Below, in pieces: positions 49,218 through 62,675 of a DNA stretch of 64,000 nucleotides. Numbering within the stretch: the first letter of the stretch is position 1; each line of letters begins with the position of its first letter. Origin of the DNA: Chiloscyllium plagiosum (lineage: Eukaryota); the NCBI RefSeq assembly GCF_004010195.1, contig NC_057718.1, positions 81,668,028 to 81,732,027 on the forward strand, given 5' to 3'. The notes below the pieces were generated by a model. It ran no database searches. It had not been told where the DNA came from and saw nothing but the letters and a program-made list of their open reading frames with translations. The position numbers and the translations under genes are program-made.

Positions 49218-49934
49218 TTGGGTTGCTATCTGAAGCGGACAAGGTTGCAAGAAGGTGGGAGCTGCATTAGGATAGAGTCAACACAGACTCTATCCCCTGT
49301 CCCCCTGTGCAGGAGAATTTGATGATGCCGTAATTGTATCCATCCTCATCACATCTTTCCCAAATTGGTATAAAAACTTGTTTGGTAACACTGCTGCTTG
49401 GGATGTTTAATACCATATAATGGCACTATATAAATGCAAGTTTGTTGATTAATGTAATTTTATCTGTCAATACATTGAATAGGGAGCGAGATAGAAGTGT
49501 GAGGGTACTGAAAATAACAAATGGTGGAGATCACAGCGCATCAGACAGCATCCATAGGGAGTAAGCAGGCTAATGTTTTGAGTCTAGATGAGTCTTCATC
49601 AGAACAGAAGTAAAATGTGGAAGTGCAGCATTTGTGCTATAGTTGGGGTGGGGGTGGGAGTGGTATGTGTAGAGTGCTAGTGGAGGAAAGGTATTGACAG
49701 TTCAGATTAAATGATTGGAATGTAAGAATGGCAGAACAATGGTGTGTGTAACTGCCAGGTGTGAAAGTGAAGACAGTCCCATTGGGGTGGGAGAGGAGGG
49801 GAGAGAGGATATAGTAACAGAGAATGGACCAAGTAAAGCTAAAAGAAAAGAAAGAAATGGGAGTTGGTTCACAATTTAAATGTGTTGAACTCCATAGTGA
49901 GTCCAGAAAGCTGTACAGTGCCCATTCTGAAGAT

Positions 49935-50197
49935 AAAACTCACACAACACCAGGTTATAGTTCAACGGGTTTAATTGGAACCACTAGCTTTCAGAGCACT
50001 GCTCCTTCATCAGGTGGTTGTGGAGGACACAATCGTGAGACACAGAACTTATCACAAAAGTTTACAATGTTATGTAACTGAAATTATACATTGAAAATTA
50101 CCATAATTGTTTGTTCAGTCTCTCATCTTTCAGAATGACCATGTTAGTTTCACTTCTTTCATATGTAAATCATAAAACTTTTTTAAAAAGTTACATT
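49935..50197 (-). mobile_element. PLE family C terminal fragment
   Basis: Reverse complement of 44350-44600. Confidence 0.85.
49981..50017 (-). ncRNA. Minimal hammerhead ribozyme motif (family C)
   Basis: CCAC-CUGAUGA-A-GGAGC-AGU-GCUCU-GAAA-GCUA-GUGG; 4-bp stem I, palindromic AGCU. Confidence 0.78.
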
Positions 50198-50289
50198 CCT
50201 GAGGAGGTCATTACAGTTCCTTGCTGTGGCTTTTCAAAAATAAAACCAAGGGGTCCATTTTGGTGGTGAGGCAGAAATTGAGACCTTGT

Positions 50290-51105
50290 CAGTTTATCCT
50301 ATCCATGCCCATCATAATTTTATAAACCTTTATAAGGTCACCCCTCAGCCTCCGATGCTCCAGGGAAAACAGCCCCAGCCTGTTCATCCTCTCCCTATAG
50401 TTCAAATCCTCCAACCCTGGCAACATCCTTGTAAATCTTTTCTGAACCCTTTCAAGTTTTACAACATCCTTCTGATAGGAAGGAGACCAGAAGTGCAGGC
50501 AATATTCCAAAAGTGACCTAATCAAAGTCCTGTACAGCCACAACATGACCTCCCAACTCCTATACTCAAGGCTCTGACCAATAAAGGAAAGTGTATCAAA
50601 CACCATCTTCACTATCCTATCTACCTGAGACTCTACTTTCAAGGAACTATGAACCTGCACTCCAAGGTCTCTTTGTTCAGCAAGCTTCCTAGGACCTTAC
50701 CATTAAGTGTATGAGTCCTGCTTTGATTTGCTTTTCCAAAGTGCAGCACATCACATTTATCTAAATTAAACTCCATCTGCCACTCTTCAGCCCATTGGCC
50801 CATCTGGTCAATATCCCATTATACTGTCAGGTAACCTCCTTCGCTGTCCACTACACCTCCAATTTTGGTGTCATCTGCAAACTTACTAACTTTACTTCTT
50901 GTGCTCGCATCCAAATCATTTATGTAAATGACAAAAAGTAGAGGGCCCAGCACCGTTCCTTGTGACACTCCACTGGTCACAGGCTTCCAGTCTGAAAAGG
51001 AACCCTCCACCACCACCCTCTGTCTTCTACCTTTGAGCCAGTCCTGTATCCAAATGGCTAGTTCTCTCTGTATTCCATGAGCTCTAACCTTGTTAACCAG
51101 TCTCC
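50290..51105 (-). mobile_element. CR1 RT fragment
   Basis: [40 protein letters not shown]. Confidence 0.93.
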
Positions 51106-52133
51106 CTGTATTTGTTGCACCCAATGTTGCCTACTCTACATTGGAGAAACCAAACACAGACTGGGTGACTGCTTTGCGGAACACCTCTGGTCTGTGTGGA
51201 AGCAGAATCTCGACCTTCCCATAGCCAGTCATTTTAGCAGAGTATCCTGCTCGTATGCCCCACACGTCTGTCCTTGGCATGCTGCAGTGTTCCAGTGAAT
51301 CACAGCACAAACTGGAGAAACAAATGCCTATCTGCAGACTAGGCATTTTACAGCTTTCTGGACTCAATATGGAGTTCAACACCTTCAAATTGTGAACCAA
51401 CTCCCATTTCTTAGTTTTCTTCTATCCTTACTTGTTTCATTCTCTGTCATCATGTCCCCTCTCCCCTCTTCCCCCACTCCAGTAGAAATGTCTTATCTTG
51501 CAACCTGGGCAGTTAGATATACCATTGTTCTGCCATTCTCACATTCCAATCACTTAATCTGAACTATCTACATCTTTTCTTCATCAGCATTCCTAACGCC
51601 ACCACCCCCACCCCCACCACTATAGCATAAATGCTGTCCCCTCCATGTTCACTTCAGTTCTGATGAAGAGTCATCTGAAGTCGAAACATTAGCTTGCTCT
51701 CTCTTCATGTATGCTTTCTGAGCTGCTGTAATCTCCAGCATTTGTTGTTTTCAGTACAGATTCCAGCATCTACAGTAATTAGCTCCTTGAAGTGTGATGG
51801 TTGAGATAGAATGTACCATCCTTCACAGCTGATATGATGCAGGAAGTATTCAAATTATGCAGATTGATAGATTGGAGCAGAATTCAGTTATTGAACAGCA
51901 AATAGATTGAGGGAGGACTGCAGCTTCAAGCCATCTAATTTTTAAAAAGGGTCACGTTTGAATTGTTTTGTATCTTTTCACTGAAAACAATTAATGCTAA
52001 CGATATGAAGACAACATACACTGGGGTGAAGGAGAGTCTCTGCTTGTCAGTAATATTGTACATAAATGTATTACAAAACAGTGCTTAATATAAACTGTAA
52101 TCATTTGTGGAAGGAAGTATCCTTCTGCATATG

Positions 52134-52298
52134 AGGAGCAGGAAAATCGACGTTTCGGGCAAAAGCCCTTCATCAGGGTTTTTGCCTGAAAATATCGATT
52201 TTCCTGCTCCTCGGATGCTGCCTGACCTGCTGTACTTTTCCAGCACCACTCTAATCTAGTCTCTGATCTCTAGCATCTGCATTCCTCACTTTCACCTC
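52134..52298. mobile_element. Miniature PLE family A hairpin insertion
   Basis: TSD cctt(c/t)tgcatatg 52121-52133/52299-52311; inverted arms; intact minus hammerhead ~52150-52176. Confidence 0.85.
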
Positions 52299-52349
52299 CC
52301 TTTTGCATATGTTTTATGTTGAAGGATTGAACAGTTATTCGTTAGTTGG

Positions 52350-52660
52350 TATAATGATTGTAATGAAGTCAGCCAGCTGAATGTCATAGAATATGAGATC
52401 CTTGATTGGGATCATCAATCTGGTCCAATCAGGGAGCTCTGGCTGACGGATAAAAAGGGTGAGTGTTAGGGGTACTACTACTCTGGCATTTCACTCTGAA
52501 TAGGCAGTACTAAAGTCAAGGAATGTTCTTGTGCAAACATAGAATCATTTGGTGAAGGACATCAGTCTCTATGGAGTTATTTCAGTATGACAGGAGTAAA
52601 GCACAATCCTGAACAAACTTGCTTGCAACAGTCTTCTTTGAGTTGAGATAAGCATTTCTT
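52350..52660 (+). mobile_element. LTR and leader of the same Gypsy family as 2324-4556
   Basis: Shares ctggtccaatc, tatttcagt, aaacttgct..aacagtc.tctttgagttg.gataagcatttctt. Confidence 0.8.
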
Positions 52661-52931
52661 ATATACTGCCTTTGTTCTTCACCATGAAGTACATATTCAG
52701 TTCCTCAATCAATTTTTTATTTTGCCATTGCTACTAGGCCAGCCTTATTTTCCAGCAATTCAAGATCCACTCTTGCCTCTCTTTTACTTTTTATATATCT
52801 ACAAAAATCTTCTTTTGTATTAATAGCAGGCTTACTTCATCTTTCAGCTTCTCCACCCTTATTGCCTTTTTGGTTATCCTCTGCTGGCTGTTAAAGGCAT
52901 ACAACTTATTTGGCTTCACAATAATCTTCAC

Positions 52932-53960
52932 CACTTTAGGGTGTAGGTTTGCTCGCTGAGCTGTAGGTTTGATATCAGACGTTTCATTACCTGGATAGGT
53001 AACATCATCAGTGGTGACCTCCAAGTGAAGCGAAGCTGTTGTTCCTGCTTTCTATTTATATGTTTGTCCTGGATGGGGTTCCTGGGGTTTGTGGTGATGT
53101 CATTTCCTGTTCGTTTTCTGAGGGGTTGATAGATGGTATCTCGATCTATGTGTTTGTTTATGGCATTGTGGTTGGAGTGCCAGGCCTCTAGGTATTCTCT
53201 AGCATGTCTTTGCTTAGCCTGTCTTCTCTTCAGTCAGAGAGCTGTACAGCAAGGAAACAGACCCTTCGGTCCAATTTGGCCATGCTGACCACATATCCTA
53301 GTCCCATTTGCCAGCACTTGGCTCATATCCCTCTGAAGGAGAAAGTGAGGACTTCAGATGCTGGAGATCAGAGCTTAAAAATGTGTTGCTGGAAAAGCNN
53401 NNNNNNNNNNNNNNNNNNNNNNNNNNNNNNNNNNNNNNNNNNNNNNNNNNNNNNNNNNNNNNNNNNNNNNNNNNNNNNNNNNNNNNNNNNNNNNNNNNNN
53501 NNNNNNNNNNNNNNNNNNNNNNNNNNTGGGGTTTGTGGTGATGTCATTTCCTGTTCGTTTTCTGAGGGGTTGATAGATGGTATCTAGATCTATGTTTATG
53601 GCATTGTGGTTGTGGGGACAACACATCTATCCTGGGACAGGCTAAGCAAAGACATGCCAGAGAATTCCTAGAGGCCTGGCACTCCAACCACAATGTCATA
53701 AACAAACACATAGACCTAGATACCATCTATCAACCCCTCAGAAAACGAACAGGAAATGACATCACCACAAACCCCAGGAACCCCATCCAGGACAAAGATA
53801 TAAATAGAAAGCAGGAGACAACAGCTTCGCTTCACTTGGAGGTCACCACTGATGATGTTACCTATCCAGGTAATGAAACGTCTGATATCAAACCTACAGC
53901 TCAGCGAGCAAACCTACACCCTAAACCTCAACCTGAGCTACAAACCTTCACAAACCTTGC
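52932..53960. mobile_element. Poseidon-type PLE (family B variant) with inverted arms; nested CR1 tail (~53230-53334), family A tail and 128-N gap
   Basis: TSD aatcttcac 52923-52931/53961-53969; AREFLEAWHS remnant; hammerheads at 52976-53013(-) and 53847-53884(+). Confidence 0.85.
53847..53884 (+). ncRNA. Minimal hammerhead ribozyme motif (family B variant)
   Basis: CA-CUGAUGA-U-GUUACC-UAUCCA-GGUAAU-GAAA-CGUC-UG. Confidence 0.78.
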
Positions 53961-56900
53961 AATCTTCACAACGTTGTAGTGTGCTTTCGCTTTTGTTTTT
54001 ATGCTGTCCTTGACTTATCTCATCATCCATGGTTGCCTCGTCCTTTCCTTAGTATGCTTCTTCTTCTTCTTCCTTGGGATGAATTTCTGCTGTCCCTCCC
54101 AATTATCCTTAGAAACTTGTGCCTTTGCTGCTCCACCATCTTCCCTGCTCGTCTTCCAATCAATTCTGGCCAGCTCCTCCTCTTGTCTTTGTAGTTACCT
54201 TAACTCAATTGTAATACCGTTACATCTGATTCCAGCTTCTCTCTCTCAAATTGCAAGGTGAATTCTATCATTTTATGGTCACTGCTCCCTTGGGGTTCCT
54301 TCTTCACCTTAAGATCTCTAATCAAGTCTTCCTCATTACACATCACTAAGTCTATAATTGCCTGTTCCCTAGTGGGCCCTACCACAACCTGCTCCAATTA
54401 ACCATCTTGTATTTTCTTGGATTCGCAACCAACCTGATTTTCCCAGTCCACTTGCACATTGAAGTCCCCTAGTGCTTTTCTTATTTGTATTTTCTATTTC
54501 CTGACTTATTTTCTGCCCCACATCCTGACTGCTGCTGGGAGGCCTGTACACAACTTCCAGCAGGGTCCTTTCTCCTTTGCAGTTCCTCAACTCTACCCAC
54601 ACAGGTTCTACACCTTCTGACTCAGCCCATCTGCCTGCCCTTTCAATAGGATGTGTATCCTTGGATATTTATTTCCCAACCCTAATCCTGTTCCAGCCAT
54701 GTTTCTATGATATCCACAACATCGTACATGCCAGTTCCAATCCATGCTACAAGCTCATTTACCTTGTTTCGTATGCTCTGTGAATTCAAGTACAATATCC
54801 TCAGTCCTACATTGACTGACCCCTTCTCATAATTGTTCCTTCATCTGCTTGCCTGAAATTAGATTCCTGACCTCTTTCCATACTCTCTGTCCTATTACTT
54901 GCTCTGGAAACTTTAATAACCTCTGCTGAGCCCCCATCTCCTTTAATCTTTTCCATATAACTCAATTCACCCCCCCACTATTTAGTTTAAAGCCTTGTCC
55001 ACAGCCTTAGTTATGCAATTCACCAGGACTCTGGTCCCAGCATGATTAGGTGGAACCCATACTGGTACAGTACTGGTGCTGATGTAACATGACATGTTTA
55101 CATCTTTAATATTGTTGACCCTGTGCCAATTAGTTCATTGCTGCGTAGAAATCCAGAGATTATTGCCTTTTTGGTTCTGCTTTTTAATTTAGCTCCATAT
55201 TCCCCCAGCAGAACTTTATCCTCTTTCTACCTAAATCATTGATATCTACATGGACCACGACAACTAGATCTTTCCCCTCCCACTGCAGCCAAGATAAGGT
55301 ATTCTGAACCTGGGCACCAGGCAGGCAGCACAGACTCCGGGGCTCTCGATCCTGGCCACAGAGAACAGTGTCTATTCCCCTGACTATACTATGTTCAGTT
55401 AGAACTTCATTTCTCTTTTCTCCCACGTCTTGAGTGGCTCCCTGTACCACAATATTATGGTCAGTTTGCTCATCCTCCCTGCAGCCCACAGAGGAAGCGA
55501 GAATCTCAAACCTGTTGGACGACTTGTTGGCTAAGTTACCTCAGCACTATCTCCTGAATCCCTCCATGAACTCTTGTTCAAGTCAATGCCAGGTCCGGTT
55601 GATTTTCTGTAACCAGTCCTCCCATGATAGTTTCTGCTTACAGTGGTCTTTTCCTGCTATGGCAAACTCCATCGTTGTACAAGTCCCACCTGAGAGCAAA
55701 TACTATCAAATGGCCGATTGTGTTGGAATTACAATTGGCTGTATGTTTAATAACTTGAGATATGTGTGGAGCATCAATGCGGGCATGTCTCAGATAGGCC
55801 AAATAGCCTGTTTGCGTGCTGTAACTGTGATGTAATTCTATGTACCTGACTGCCATCTCATCAGGAGACAATATGCAGCTTGATTAGACACAGCATATGT
55901 GTATGCCCTGGGCAACAATATAAGAGACAATTTATTGTGACTTATCTCTTACAGCTCTTTAAACTAGACCAACTAATGTATTTTAACAGAAGCTCTACAT
56001 TTACCACTTGAGAGAGCCGCATGCAAGTAGTTGATTCATTTGCTGTTTGTAACAGTCAGGGTTTTCAACAGAAACAAGAACTCGGTTTGTTGTGAATCAA
56101 TAGCAGATTTTTCACTGTGCCAGTTTTTATTCCACTTCGAAATGTTACTGACTTCTAAAATTTCAAACCAAGTAAAAATGACAGGAAAGCTTGAATACAA
56201 ATTTCCAAAATATCACTTGAATTCTGTGAACTTCACTAGAAAGAAAAATCGGCTTGAATTCATGAGTAACCTGTTTCATGCTGATGGCATGGTCAAATAT
56301 TAGTCCTGTAAAATATTGGAAAGCAAAGTCACTTTATGACGGTTACTGATTACTTGGTCTCTGACAGCTCCTTATCACTCTCTAATGCATAACCACATTT
56401 AATCAGATAACAGTGTCAATCAACAGCTTTTGGTCTTACTTTCATTCATTTCATTTTAAGTGTGCAAGGAAAATGTCACAATTTGACAGAAATTGATGCA
56501 GATAGAAAAATTGTCAAAAAAAACCAAATTCAATACAACCTGCTACTTTTACAGCCTAACAATGTTTTGAAGAGAAACCTGGAATTATTTCATCGTTGTA
56601 CATTTTTAGGAAGACTGGTGGTAATCTATTTATATTTAAGGGCCATGTGAAATGGGAAAATTGAATTATTTGGGTAATCTAGCTTTAGAAGTGTTTACCA
56701 AGGCTTTGTTGGGACATATGGTTTCTTGGAATTGTTCAAGAGAAATGTAAGCTGATCAAGATTGAAAATTTAAATAATTTCAGAAAGGATACGAGCAAAG
56801 CTTTTAAGAGAGAGAAGTGATTAGGTTTATTTGTTTAATTACTGGACAAAGCAACTTTGGAAAAATTGGGGCTATATGAACATTCACGAGCAATACTCTT

Positions 56901-57944
56901 CTACAGTTGATTTTCATTTTTCCAGGACAGCTGGGTTAGCCAGTAGAAAGTAAAGGCCTCCAAAGTTTGCAGTAACCAAAACTCTCTTTTTCTCCTGGAA
57001 AGGTAATAAGAAATTTTAAAGCAGGATAAGCTGAAAAGATTGTTCTTTCAGTGAAGAATTTCAGGGAACTTGAGAAAATTTCAAATACCAGCATCTCTGG
57101 CTACTTCATAACCCAGAAAGCTTAACAATTATGTTTATTCAGATTGATTTTCCATATGAACTGAAGTCTGGTGTACTACAGTCAGCATTTTGATCTTGTC
57201 AACAGGAAACTCAGGAGCCTTTGGAAATTCATCCCACTTTAACCGATCAATTCAGACACGTCCCACAGAGGTGTTTTTATTTTGCCTTTTTTCTATTAAA
57301 AAAAACATATAATCGCTTTAGAGCTGTATTATTTTATTTGTCTTGTGAATGTGTTTGAGATTACAGCTAAATAATTTAATTCAGGAATATACTTTAGTTG
57401 GTAATCAGTTTTGCCACTTGTTTAAAAGATGGGTTTTGTTTCTCTGTCTTTTAAAAGAATCACAGTGAATGTCTCTTTTGTTCGGTATAACAGTAATAAA
57501 AGGAAACAATTTGTCCATTTTGGTGATTGAATCAAAACATTTACACTAATGGTATGGCTTGTGGAGTAATGGGACTTGATTACCAGCACATTGTTCTCAT
57601 CAGTGTCGTAACAAGATGGACTAGCTTTCCTCATGACAGTCTCAGTGTTTTCTTAGTCTAAGTGTTCAGCCTCATGCCTTTTGATGTAAAGCAGCTGAAA
57701 ATAAATTGTTCTGATTCCAGCCTTGTTGGCTGGATGTGTAGGTCCACAATATAGTATCAAAATGGCTTTTACAAAAATTATTAAAAATGACTGTGACAAA
57801 GATAAATTATTGCCTTCAGCATTTTTGACCTTACACTGGCCTCTAAATAATAATATAGAAAATTGGCCAGGTAATGTTCTGTATACAAAAAGCAGGACAA
57901 ATCCAATCCAAAAAAATATTGCCCTTTCAGTCTCCACTTGATTG

Positions 57945-59170
57945 TTAGTAAAGTGATGGAAGGCTTCATCAACAGTGCTATCAGCAATAACCCCTGACAC
58001 CCAGTTTGGGTTCCACCAGGACCACTCAACTCCAGACCTCATTACAGCCTCGATTCAAGCATGGATAAAAGAGCTGAATTCCAGTGGTGAGGTGAGAGTG
58101 ACATCCCTTTACATCATGATCGCATTCAATTAAGTGTGGCATCAAGGAGCCCGCTCAAAACTGGAACCAATATCAAGTGGCAAACTCTCCTGTGGTTCGA
58201 GTCATACCTGGCACACAGGAAAATTGTTGTTGGAGGTCAGTCATCTCAGCTCCAAGAGATCGCTGCAAGAGTTTCTCAGAGTAGTGTCCTAGGGCCAGCT
58301 TCAATGACCTTCCCTCCATCATAAGGTCAGAAAAAGGAATGTTCCTGATGATTGCACAATGTTCAGCACCATTCTCAACAGCTCAGACACTGAAGCAATC
58401 CATGCTCAAATGGATATGGACAATATCTGAACTTGGGTTGACAAGTGGCAAGTAACATTCATGCCACACAAATGCCAGGCAATGACCATCTCCAATAACA
58501 GACAATCTAAATACTGGCCCTTGATATTCAATGCTAATATCATCACTGAATTCCCCCACTATCAACATTTTGGGGGTTAACATTGACCAGAAATTAACTG
58601 GGCTCACCATATAAATACAGTGGCTACAAGAACAGGTCAAAGACTAGGAAAACTGCAGTGAGTAATTCACCTCCAGACTCCCTAAAGCCTGTCCATCATT
58701 AACAAGGTACAAGTCAGGAGTGTGATGAAATACTCCTCACTTGCCTGGATGAGTACAGCTCCAACAACACTCAAGAAGCTTGACACCATTCAAGACAAAG
58801 CAACCCACTTGTTTGGCACCACATCCACTCCCTTCACCACCAACACTCAGTGGCTGCAGTGCATCCTGTCGACAAGATACATAGCTGAAATTCACCAAAG
58901 ATCCTTAGACAGTACCTATCAAACATATGACCAGGGCAAGGACAGTAGATACACGGGAACCCCTCTGAGCCACTTGCTATCCTGACTTGAAATATATCAC
59001 CATTCCTTCACTGGCGCTGGGTCAAAACTGTAAGTGAATTGTGGGTTAACCCACAGCAGGTGGACTGCAGCATTCAAGAAGGCACCACCACCTTTCTCAA
59101 GAGCAACTAGGCACAGGCAATAAATGTTGACCAACACGCAATGCTCGTGTCTCATTAGCGTATTTAAAAA
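57945..59170 (+). mobile_element. CR1/L2-group LINE (second family), decayed RT to 3' end
   Basis: QFGF, VSQSSVLGP, LAWMSTAPTTLKKLDTIQDKA; tail caagagcaactagg..caataaatg. Confidence 0.85.
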
Positions 59171-60477
59171 ATCTTCAGCCTTTGGTGTAGTTGACTTTAT
59201 GTTCCTCTTAAAGTCTTTTCATCATTGTCCAGCTGTGTGGAATTTCATTCACCTAGTTCCATTCTTAATTATCTGATTATAACCAGACTATCACCGGAAA
59301 TGGCTACTCCTCACTCTCTTACCAATAACTCTGATGTTCTACAAAGATCCGTTCTTGCCCCCTTCCTGTATCTTATCTATATGCTGCACCTTTATGATGC
59401 CATCCAGTACTTCACCAGGCTTAACCTTGCCAAAAGTTGGCTGTGTCAATTTCAGATAATTTCATGGAGGGTTTCTCTCTGTGAGCTTTAGTGAGTTATC
59501 TCACACAGTTCACTGCTGCTTACCTCATTATGGGTGTACCATGCCTTCATGCCATTGTGTGCTCATTAGTGGCCCCAAGGACACACCATTGACAAGTCTT
59601 CCCAGGATTTCTGCTGCCAGCACCATACTTAAAACTGTGCGCCACACCAATCACTGCCAACTACGAGTAGCTGTCCGCAGTACCTTTAGTGAAAGGAAAA
59701 CTAAAAGGAATAACTTCCAAGGGCACTGAGGTGGCATGGGTGACACGACGTTTAAAATACAAGTTCACACTTGGAAATAAATTGTTACTTTCTATCATGA
59801 CCTATTTGATTGACTTGAACTGCAGGTTCATGGCAGGGTGTGGCATGGACATGACAATGCAGAGACATGTTGATTACCTTGACTGGTGACTGCTGACAAC
59901 CATGAGAAACTGCTTGGTTTTGTGTCTGCTTAAAAAGGCAAGGAAATACCGTGAGCCTCTAAGTTTTGAATGAGGCAGCAGAGCACACAAAGGTGAGAGG
60001 GATGTTGTGAGCATCCAGGTAAACACAAAGGAAAGAGTGCAGAGAAAGCAAGGGAGGAGCCCAGAGATGCACACTGCTCCAATGCAATGGGTCCTCATCC
60101 CTGCTCACAAAGTGGTCTGGCAGCAACATTACAATGTAACGTATGGGTCTACTCCAAAGTGCGGCACTGAAATGGAGAACTGATATTCTCAGTGAGTCGG
60201 AGATGTGCCATGATGATGTGGGGAAGCTGATTCATTTCTAGTGTCAACTTTTGTGAATGACAGGATGCAGATAGCCACTACCATTGGTGTGTGTCCTGAG
60301 TTATTGAGGATTTCTCACCAAGATGGATTCCCAGAGGAGTACATGAGAAGCTGGAGTCACCAGGAGTGCATGTTGATTTTCACGTCGGCAATTGTTGCCG
60401 TCTGTTTTCTTTCAGCAATGTGGGACAATAGCGGCCTAAATGTAAATGAGGTGAGAATCAGTAATAATAAGATGTTA

Positions 60478-62675
60478 ATAGAATCATAGAGATGTACAGC
60501 ATGGAAACAGACCCTTCGGTCCAATTTGTCCATGCCAACCAGATATTCCAGCCTAATCAAGTCCCACTTGCCATCACCTGGCTAATATCCCTCCAGATGC
60601 CCATATATACCCATCCAGATGCCTTTTAAATATTGTAATTGTACCAGCCTCTACCACGTCATCTCGATACTCATTCCACACATATATCACTCTCTGAATG
60701 AAAAAGTTGCCGCTTAGGTCTCTTTTATACCTTTCCCCTCCCCTAAACCTATGCCCTCTAGTTCTGGACTCCGCCACCCCAGGGAAAAGATCTTGTCTAT
60801 TTATCATATCCATGTACTTCATGATTTTGTAAACCTCTATAAGGTCACACCTCAGCCTCCGACGCTCCAGGGAAAACAGCCCCAGCCTATTCAACCTCTC
60901 CCTATAGTTTAAATCCTCCAACATCCTTGTAAATCTTTTCTGAACCCTTTCAAGTTTCACAACATCCTTCCGATAGGAAGAAGATCAGAATTCCTTCAAT
61001 ATTCCAAAAGTAGCCTAACCAATGTGCTCCACAGATGCAACATGAGCTCCCAACTCCTGTACTCAATACTCTGACCAATAAAGGAAAGCATACCAAACGC
61101 CTTCTTCACTATCTTACCTACCTGTTGGCTATCCCTAATCAGTCCTTGCCTTTCCAAATATGTGTAAATCTTGTCCATCAGGTATCCCTCCAACAACTTG
61201 CCCACCAACGATGTCAGGCTCACTGGTCTATAACTCCTTGGCTTGTCCTTACCATTCTTAAATAGTGGTACCTCATTAGCCAACCTTCAAGTCTTCTGGC
61301 ACCTCATCTGTTACTATCAATGATACAACTATCTCAGCAAGAGACCCAGAAATCACTTCCCTAGCTTTCCACAGAGTTCTCGGGTTTATCTGATCAGGTC
61401 CTGGTGATTTATTCACCTTTATGCATTTCAAGACATTCAGCACTTCCTCCTCTGTAATATAGACATTTTTCAAGATGTCACCATTTATAAAAACACTTTG
61501 GATTCTCTTCAACCCTCTTTGCCAAAACTGTCTCATGTCCCCTTTTTGCGCTCTTGATTTCCTCCTTAAGTGTACTCCTACTGCCTTTATATGCTACTAA
61601 GGATTCACTCGATCTATCCTATCTATACTTCATTCTTTTTCTTAACAAAACCATCAATTCCTCTAGTCATCCAGCATTCCTAACATCTACCAGCCTTTCC
61701 TTTCACTCTAAGAGGAATATACTGTCTCTGGACTCTAGTTATCTCAATTCTGAAAATTTCCCATTTTCCAGCTGTCGCTTTACCCACGACTATCTACCAC
61801 AGTCAGCTTTTGAAAGCTCTTGCCTAATACCGTCAAAATTAGTCTTCCTCTAATTTAGAACTTTGACTTTTAGATCTGGTATATCCTCTTCCATAACTAT
61901 TTTAAAATTAGTAGAATTATGGTCACTGGCCCCAAAGTGCTCCCCCACTGACACCTCAGTCTTGCCCTGTCTCATTTCCCAAAAGTAGGCCTTCTTGAGT
62001 AGGTATACCCACATAATGAATCAGAAAATGTTCTTGTACACACTTAATAAATTCCTGTCCATCTAAATCTTTAACACTATGACAGTCCCGTTTATGTTTG
62101 GAAAGTTAAAATCCCTTGCCATAACCATCCTATTATTCTTACAGATAACTGAGATCTTCTTACAAATTTGTTTCTCAATTTCCCTCTTAGGGGGTCTACC
62201 CTACAATCCCAATAAGGTGATCATCCATTTCTTATTTCTCAGTCCCTCCCAAATAAATTCACTGGATGTATTTCCAGGAATATCCTCCTAAGTAAGCTGT
62301 AATGCTATCCTTTATCAAAAACACCACTCCCCCTCTTCTCTTGCTGCCCTTTCTATCCTTCCTGTCACATTTGTATCCTGGAACATTAAGCTGCCAACCC
62401 TGTCCATCCCGAGCCATGTTTTTGTAATTACTATGATATCCCAGTCCCATGTTCTTAACCATGCCCTGAGTTCATCTGCCTTCCCTGTTAGACCCCTTGC
62501 ATTGAAATAAATTAAGTTTCATTTATCAGTCCTACCTTGTTCGCTGCTTTGTCGCTGCCTGTCCTCACTGTTTGACTCACTTCTTTTCCCAACTGTACCA
62601 GTCTCAGATTGATCTCTTTCCTCACTATCTCCCCGGGTCCCAAGCCCTCATCTTACTAGTTTAAATCCTCCTGAC
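60478..62675 (-). mobile_element. CR1 LINE, ORF2 endonuclease to 3' tail, RT core deleted at ~61122
   Basis: WQLNVPGY..DRKG.KRRGGV, KSPGPDQI.PR.L, YRPVSLTS.VGKLLE, KLERVQKRFTRM; tail (ctctatga)n. Confidence 0.93.

Larger units (their letters stand above)
49510..51785. mobile_element. Old PLE (family D) with inverted arms 49510-49890(-) / 51105-51785(+), containing younger inserts
   Basis: [25 protein letters not shown]; hammerhead remnant ctgatgaagagtc..gtcgaaacatt at ~51660. Confidence 0.8.
52660..55530 (-). mobile_element. Old CR1 with ORF1 esterase and ORF2 endonuclease remnants
   Basis: SIVRGIDTVLCG..CCLPGAQV; WVELRNCKG..VVYRPPSS; PTREQAIIDLV..SSDHKMIEF. Confidence 0.85.

Noticed and set aside
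53527..53612. Direct duplication of ~53083-53172 as a biological tandem
   Set aside because: Abuts an N-gap; cannot be distinguished from an assembly overlap
56646..57613. Old solo LTR (ends ..gtcgtaaca)
   Set aside because: No TSD or second copy seen; too weak to call
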